A stretch of DNA of 64,000 nt from the NCBI GenBank assembly GCA_965221485.1, contig OZ244893.1, positions 1,929,129 through 1,993,128 of the forward strand, read 5' to 3'. The notes under the pieces are model-generated. The model saw nothing but the letters and a program-made list of their open reading frames with translations, made no database searches and was not told the DNA's origin. How positions within the stretch are numbered: position 1 is the stretch's first letter; every line of letters begins with the position of its first letter. Shown here one piece after another: positions 59,527-64,000 of the stretch. Source of the stretch: Alphaproteobacteria bacterium (GTDB lineage Bacteria; Pseudomonadota; Alphaproteobacteria; MPNO01; UBA830). The translations under genes and the position numbers were made by a program.

Positions 59527-61926
59527 ATGGCGGGTCTGACAGAAGGGTCAAAACGCTTCAATCTCTCCATCAAGGGAATGACGTGCAGCGCCTGCGCCTC
59601 ACGACTTGAGTCCTCACTCTCTCGAACAACCGGAATTCGTGAGGCCTCGGTCAATTTTCCGCTGGAGCGAGCGACCGTCACAATCGACCCATACGTGGCC
59701 CTTGACAAGATTGTCGATGCCGTAAACCGGACCGGGTTCTCGGTGGAAACGGAATCTCGCATCATGACGCTCGAGGAAGCAATCGAGCCTGGCCTCAGAA
59801 GCCGGATCGAGACAAATTTGCAGGATCTGCCCGGTATCGTTTCAACCCGTACTGATCCGGATACGGGACGGATCCATATCGAGATGCTGTCTCATGTCGT
59901 TCCGGATGAAGTTCTGAATGCCAGCATTCAGACCGCCGGCGGTACGGCAACAGCCATCGCAGATGATCTGGATCAGGGTGATCGGGAGCGAAGGCATACC
60001 GTACGAGAGAATTGGATCATCCTGCTGGCCTTGCTCCTCACCACACCCTTCCTTCTTCAGATGATTGCTGGTATCGCAGCTCCGGGTCGCTGGCATCTGC
60101 CACCCCTGATCGAGATGGCACTCGCTACGCCATTGCAATTTGTGATCGGATGGCGATTTTATCTCGGAGCTTTTCATGCCCTTCGCAACGGCAGCGCCAA
60201 TATGGACGTGCTGGTGGCCATGGGCACCAGCGCGGCCTGGTTTTACAGCAGTTACATGCTGTTGACGCTCGGTCCTGACTCGGTCGGTCATCTCTATTTC
60301 GAAACGTCCGCAGTCATCATCCTTTTGGTCCTCATCGGCAAGTCGATGGAAAATCGCGCCAAGCGGGGCGCAGCGCGAGCGATCCGCGAACTGATGGCGC
60401 TCGAACCGGAAACCGTTCTCCTCCGACTGGCCGACGGCAGCACTGCAGAGTGTCCAACGCGAAATCTCAAGCTCGGTGACACTCTGGTTTGCCGGGCGGG
60501 GCAGCGGATTGCAGCCGATGGAATAGTCGTCAGTGGTGAAGCCGAAATTGATCAGTCTCTCATCAATGGAGAAAGTCTTCCGGTTCACAAGACACCAGGA
60601 GACACGGTCTCAGCCGGTTCCATCAACGTCGACGGACTGATTGACATCAAGGCGACCGCGACCGGTGCCAATTCATCCCTGGCCCGGATTATTGGCCTCA
60701 TCGAGGAGGCCCAGGCTGGCAAACCGGCAATCCAGAGATTGGCAGACCGGGTCTGCGGCGTCTTCGTTCCCGTCGTGATTGCCCTGGCGGTAGCAACCTT
60801 CATCGGCTGGACCGTTACTGGCAGCGGACTGGAACAGGCTGTCATCACGGCCGTCTCCGTTCTTGTCATTGCCTGTCCCTGCGCCCTCGGCCTGGCGACA
60901 CCGACGGCCATCATGACGGGATCCGGAGCGGCAGCACGGGCCGGAATCCTCATTCGCGACGTCACGGCCCTTGAGCGTGCGCACGCGCTCACCCATATGG
61001 TGTTCGACAAAACGGGCACGTTAACCACTGCGCAACCCTCCTTGCGCAAAATCGTGCCGCTCGCTGATATCACGGAAACCGAAGCTCTTCGCATTGCCGC
61101 TTCTCTCCAGCAGGGCAGCCAGCATCCTGTTGCCCGATCCCTTCGTGATGCCTCTGCTGCGCGCAGGCTCGATGTCCTGCCGGTCAGCGGATTCCGAAGT
61201 CTGGTGGCTCGAGGTGTCGAGGGAAACATTGACGGCGTGCATTACCAGCTCGGCAGCCAGCGGCTTTTTGCTGATCCGGGTGCTCACAATCTGGGAGAAA
61301 CCGCTACCGATGGAATCGTTGTCTGGCTCGCCAGACTGAGCGGCAACAAGTCAGAACTTCTCGCCCGATTTGACCTGGCGGAGGCACTTCACCCGGGAGC
61401 CGAAGCTGGCGTAGCACAGGTGCGGAAGCTTGGACTGGTACCGCTTCTGCTGTCGGGCGACGGCAGCCTGCCAACACGGCAACTGGCCGACCGGATGGGG
61501 ATCCAGGAGTTTCATGGCGAACTGCTTCCAGAGGACAAGGCGCGGATTATTGCGGAAGTGACCCGGAAGGGTGGAAGCGTCGGCATGGTTGGTGATGGAA
61601 TTAACGACGCGCCTGCATTCGCTCAGGCGTCCGTCGGTATTGCGATGGGCTCGGGAACCGATATCGCAAAGGAGTCAGCGGCCATTACACTCCTGCGTCC
61701 CGATCCGCGTCTGGTCGCCGCAGCTGTTCAGATAAGCCGCGCAACGTTTCGCAAGATCAAGCAGAACCTCTTCTGGGCCTTCATCTACAATGTGATCGGT
61801 TTGCCGCTCGCCGCTTCCGGGCTGCTGAGTCCGGCGCTCGCCGCAGCTGCAATGGCAACCTCCAGCGTTTGTGTCGTCACCAATTCTCTCCTTCTCCGCT
61901 CCTGGAAGCCCGCTTCTCAAGACTGA
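59527..61926 (+). CDS. copA: Cu(I)-type P1B-1 ATPase
   Basis: HMA GMTCSAC, TM CPC (ACPCALGLATP), DKTGT, HP, GDGINDAPA, YN and MATSS Cu(I) motifs. ATG 59527 with AGGA RBS; track start is GTG 59503. Confidence 0.9.
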   Translation: MAGLTEGSKRFNLSIKGMTCSACASRLESSLSRTTGIREASVNFPLERATVTIDPYVALDKIVDAVNRTGFSVETESRIMTLEEAIEPGLRSRIETNLQDLPGIVSTRTDPDTGRIHIEMLSHVVPDEVLNASIQTAGGTATAIADDLDQGDRERRHTVRENWIILLALLLTTPFLLQMIAGIAAPGRWHLPPLIEMALATPLQFVIGWRFYLGAFHALRNGSANMDVLVAMGTSAAWFYSSYMLLTLGPDSVGHLYFETSAVIILLVLIGKSMENRAKRGAARAIRELMALEPETVLLRLADGSTAECPTRNLKLGDTLVCRAGQRIAADGIVVSGEAEIDQSLINGESLPVHKTPGDTVSAGSINVDGLIDIKATATGANSSLARIIGLIEEAQAGKPAIQRLADRVCGVFVPVVIALAVATFIGWTVTGSGLEQAVITAVSVLVIACPCALGLATPTAIMTGSGAAARAGILIRDVTALERAHALTHMVFDKTGTLTTAQPSLRKIVPLADITETEALRIAASLQQGSQHPVARSLRDASAARRLDVLPVSGFRSLVARGVEGNIDGVHYQLGSQRLFADPGAHNLGETATDGIVVWLARLSGNKSELLARFDLAEALHPGAEAGVAQVRKLGLVPLLLSGDGSLPTRQLADRMGIQEFHGELLPEDKARIIAEVTRKGGSVGMVGDGINDAPAFAQASVGIAMGSGTDIAKESAAITLLRPDPRLVAAAVQISRATFRKIKQNLFWAFIYNVIGLPLAASGLLSPALAAAAMATSSVCVVTNSLLLRSWKPASQD

Positions 61927-62208
61927 GACGCGATGCAAGGAGATTGCTCGACACCGGCGAGTCCGCAGAACGCCCCGACCGTCGTGGCCGAGATCTGGTC
62001 AAACCCGAAATACGACTGATCGGACCACCGGATCCTCCAGCTCAGGACAAGCGCCCAAAGCAATGCAAGACCGGGCGAGCTGTTGGCTGCTACGGAGCCC
62101 CGGTGCCCGCCGTCCTCGTTCAAACCGCTTTCACTCACTGCGAGAGAAAACCCTCACGGGACCCGCACAAATACCGTGCGTTCCGCCCGACGGACACGCT
62201 CTTCCGGC

Positions 62209-63444
62209 TCAGTCAGTAACGCTCGGTTTTCCGCGCGCACCCAGCAGCCTGAGGCGCAAGGCGTTCAGTTTGATAAAGCCCTCTGCATCCTGCTGGTCGT
62301 AGACTGTATCAGCCTCGAAAGTGACATGACGCTGAGAGTAAAGGCTGTCCGGCGACTTCCTGCCGACAACAGAAACACTCCCCTTCAGAAGTTTGAGACG
62401 CACGTGACCGTTGACGTATTTCTGACTTTCGTCCACGGCCGCCTGTATCATTTCCCGTTCCGGAGAAAACCAGAAACCGTTATAGACCAGCTCCGCATAA
62501 CGCGGCATCAGCTCGTCCTTGAGGTGAGCTGCCCCCCTGTCCAGTGTCAGCGATTCCATTCCGCGATGGGCAGCGATCATGATCGTGCCACCGGGCGTTT
62601 CATAAACACCGCGCGATTTCATACCGACATAACGGTTTTCCACCAGATCCAGTCGTCCAATACCGTTGGCACCACCCAGCTCGTTGAGACGGGTCAGCAG
62701 CGCGGCCGGACTCAGCTCCTCGCCATCAATGGCAACCGGATCACCTTCCACGAACTCGATTTCCACATAGCAGGGATCATTCGGAGCCGCCTCGGGCGCC
62801 ACCGAACGGGTGAACATCGCTTCATCGGGTTCGATCCAGGGATCCTCGAGCACACGGCCTTCATAAGAGATGTGCAGGAGATTGGCATCAGTGGAATAAG
62901 GTGGTTCGTCAAGCTTGTCCCGCGCAATGGAAATCTGATGTTCCCGGGCATAGTCGAGAAGCCGTGTGCGGGAATCCAGGGTCCATTCCCGCCAGGGGGC
63001 GATGACCGTAATGTCCGGTTCGAGAGCGTAATATCCCAGTTCGAACCTGACCTGGTCATTTCCTTTTCCGGTCGCCCCATGCGAGACCGCGTCAGCGCCG
63101 GTCATCCGTGCGATCTCGATCTGGCGTTTGGCGATCAGCGGGCGCGCGATCGATGTTCCGAGGAGATACACACCTTCATAAAGTGCATTGGCGCGAAACA
63201 TGGGGAACACGAAGTCGCGCACGAATTCTTCCCGCAAGTCATCGATGAAGATTTCCCTGACCCCGGCGGACTCGGCTTTTTTGCGGGCGGGTTCAAGTTC
63301 CTCCCCTTGCCCCAGATCTGCTGTAAACGTGACGACCTCGCAGTCGTAGGTCTCCTGGAGCCATTTCAGGATTACCGAGGTATCCAGACCGCCCGAATAG
63401 GCAAGTACGATTTTCTCGACGCCTCCCGACGCTGCCTTGGCCAT
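62209..63444 (-). CDS. argG: Argininosuccinate synthase
   Basis: [32 protein letters not shown] and [21 protein letters not shown] 63444. Confidence 0.97.
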   Translation of the reverse strand: MAKAASGGVEKIVLAYSGGLDTSVILKWLQETYDCEVVTFTADLGQGEELEPARKKAESAGVREIFIDDLREEFVRDFVFPMFRANALYEGVYLLGTSIARPLIAKRQIEIARMTGADAVSHGATGKGNDQVRFELGYYALEPDITVIAPWREWTLDSRTRLLDYAREHQISIARDKLDEPPYSTDANLLHISYEGRVLEDPWIEPDEAMFTRSVAPEAAPNDPCYVEIEFVEGDPVAIDGEELSPAALLTRLNELGGANGIGRLDLVENRYVGMKSRGVYETPGGTIMIAAHRGMESLTLDRGAAHLKDELMPRYAELVYNGFWFSPEREMIQAAVDESQKYVNGHVRLKLLKGSVSVVGRKSPDSLYSQRHVTFEADTVYDQQDAEGFIKLNALRLRLLGARGKPSVTD

Positions 63445-63788
63445 GGAATGTCTCCCTTCCGTGTCTTTTCGTGACCTGTGATACGGGTTTGATGACCAGA
63501 CTGGAACAGGCTCCCGGTCATCGGGACGCCACACGGCGTTCCGTTTGTTTATTTGTGAATTTGTGGTGCCAGCTCCGATAAGGCATGGACGCCTTGGTCG
63601 GCCTCATCCGGAGTTGAAATACAAGATATCATAATTTTCAAGGCCATCGCGATTCCCTGAAGGCCTTCCCTTCCGGACAACAGCCACGTGACAGTGTCCG
63701 CCGGATTTGCAGCCGGAGACTGCAGTCCTTCTGCATCTCCTCGCAATTACTCCTGTTCAAATACGAATTCCCGGGTTCAGGCAGCCGA

Positions 63789-64000
63789 TCAATCCTCAGT
63801 GTTCGCGGACGGCGGCTCGGGCAACGCACCGACCCCGGCCTTCCGCCTGGAACGTTCGCTTGCTGTCTTGAGCTGGCCACAGGCTGCGAGAATGTCGCGT
63901 CCCCGCGGTCTCCGGACCGGAGATGAATACCCGGCCCTGTTCACAATGTCCGCAAATGCTGCGATTGCCTCATCGGTAGAACATTCGAATGGCGCACCAG
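63789..64000 (-). CDS. rlmN: 3' end of dual-specificity RNA methyltransferase RlmN (not in ORF track)
   Basis: Minus frame from 63998 reads [44 protein letters not shown]...* and contains the RlmN C-terminal RG.DI.AACGQL motif. Confidence 0.92.
   Translation of the reverse strand, partial: GAPFECSTDEAIAAFADIVNRAGYSSPVRRPRGRDILAACGQLKTASERSRRKAGVGALPEPPSANTED

Noticed and set aside
62083-63474. 463-aa plus-strand ORF (likewise 9138-10346, 10683-11984, 26916-27911, 32188-33045)
   Set aside because: In-register antisense shadows of well-supported genes, typical of high-GC3 DNA.
63549-63746. 65-aa ORF between rlmN and argG
   Set aside because: No motif and weak coding signal; probably the argG promoter region.
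1-64000. CRISPR arrays, rRNA, tandem or REP repeat families, prophage genes
   Set aside because: No regularly spaced repeats, rRNA signatures or phage structural or integrase motifs were seen.

Overview
GC-rich alphaproteobacterial chromosome segment (GapR, DUF1244, glcEF, YggT-FolD; Rhodospirillales-like by inference). Core genes (pyk, glycerate kinase, gapR, oligoendopeptidase F, AarF kinase, bioAB/bioF, tRNA-Ala(CGC), yggT, folD, Cu-ATPase, argG, 3' end of rlmN) are interleaved with accessory catabolic modules. (1) 1-14 kb: two Mo-hydroxylase large subunits, one FAD and one 2Fe-2S subunit, an amidohydrolase-2 decarboxylase, two cupins, a ThDP enzyme and glcEF without glcD. (2) An intact IS630 element at 43.2-44.3 kb. 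(3) A mosaic, partly decayed region at 44.8-56.4 kb that ends at the 3' end of tRNA-Ala. It holds a small Zn-ribbon gene, an NdmA/B-like Rieske N-demethylase facing a xanthine-type NCS2 permease, a pseudogenised AAA-ATPase/TOPRIM (defence-like) gene, and an aniline-dioxygenase-like module (AtdA1-like glutamyl ligase plus Rieske alpha/beta) followed by a stand-alone CYP116-like P450. A tight trio of DnaA boxes lies in a ~1 kb non-coding gap at 38.5 kb. No CRISPR array or rRNA was seen. Family assignments come from motif reading and recalled reference sequences, not from database searches.
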